Shown: one piece after another, positions 63,690 through 64,000 of the stretch
Position numbering within the stretch: position 1 is the stretch's first letter
Layout: each line of letters opens with the position of its first letter
Made by a program: the position numbers and the translations under genes
Source: a virus
Direction: 5' to 3' (one strand)
DNA: 64,000 nt
IMG/VR virus record: IMGVR_UViG_3300044970_001297
Span: 1-64,000 of that record
The notes under the pieces: model-generated
The model's database searches: none
Told to the model about the DNA's origin: nothing
What the model saw: the letters and a program-made list of their open reading frames with translations, nothing else

Positions 63690-64000
63690 TCATCTTCCAC
63701 CCAACAGTTCTTGTCTCAGGTCTCCGATTCTCTGTGCGGCCCTGTCCTCGCGTACCCTGTGAATCTCTCTTGCATTTGCCACAGATGTATTTACTATAGA
63801 CTTGGCTGTGGTTGATTCTTCGGTTTCACCGCGGTCGAACCTTGTGTTGTATGGGAAGGTTCTCTTACCTATCACCTGGTATTCCGAATATGCCAGCGTC
63901 ACATTGATGGTGACTATCTGATCGGTGGAATCGGTGGACAATTCTATGTCTGCAATGCTCTTGCAGAATACATTGTACAACTCGGTGCAGTAGATCTTCA
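63690..64000 (-). CDS. tail tube-like (gp54/gp19 family) protein, 5'-truncated
   Basis: 'LYNVFCKSIADIELS......INVTLAY' tail-tube motif; synteny with gp26. Confidence 0.6.
   Translation of the reverse strand, partial: KIYCTELYNVFCKSIADIELSTDSTDQIVTINVTLAYSEYQVIGKRTFPYNTRFDRGETEESTTAKSIVNTSVANAREIHRVREDRAAQRIGDLRQELLGGR

Overview
A 64 kb segment of a large T4-like (Tevenvirinae/cyanomyovirus-like) bacteriophage genome. In order it contains: (1) 1-7.9 kb, tail-fibre and collagen-like virion genes including a tandem paralogue pair. (2) A class II ribonucleotide reductase (nrdJ) flanked by two related HNH-type homing endonuclease genes (HEGs). (3) Beta-helix virion proteins, gp33, gp32, an exonuclease and a RuvC-like resolvase. 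(4) A ~24-40 kb late block of probable capsid-internal proteins. These carry T4 IP-type capsid-targeting leaders (MK[T/S][Y/F]xxFI-x-E) or other swappable leaders, fused to basic repeat modules and to GNAT-like, ART-like, zincin and nucleotidyltransferase-like cargoes. (5) A ~40-54 kb GC-rich early region with a CobS/CobT-like AAA+/VWA pair, many small genes sharing one translation-initiation motif, and leaderless sigma70-type promoters. (6) 11 tRNA genes including tRNA-Ile(UAU), a tmRNA-like 3' end, several unannotated structured RNAs and pseudoknots. (7) Baseplate hub genes gp26/gp51 and a tail-tube-like gene cut by the window edge. The most notable observations are the modular leader-plus-cargo injected-protein system, a HEG fused to the displaced redox-active C-terminus of NrdJ, a 27-bp palindrome in front of both cobS and cobT, and the set of structured ncRNAs. 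All calls come from motif reading by eye; no searches were run.
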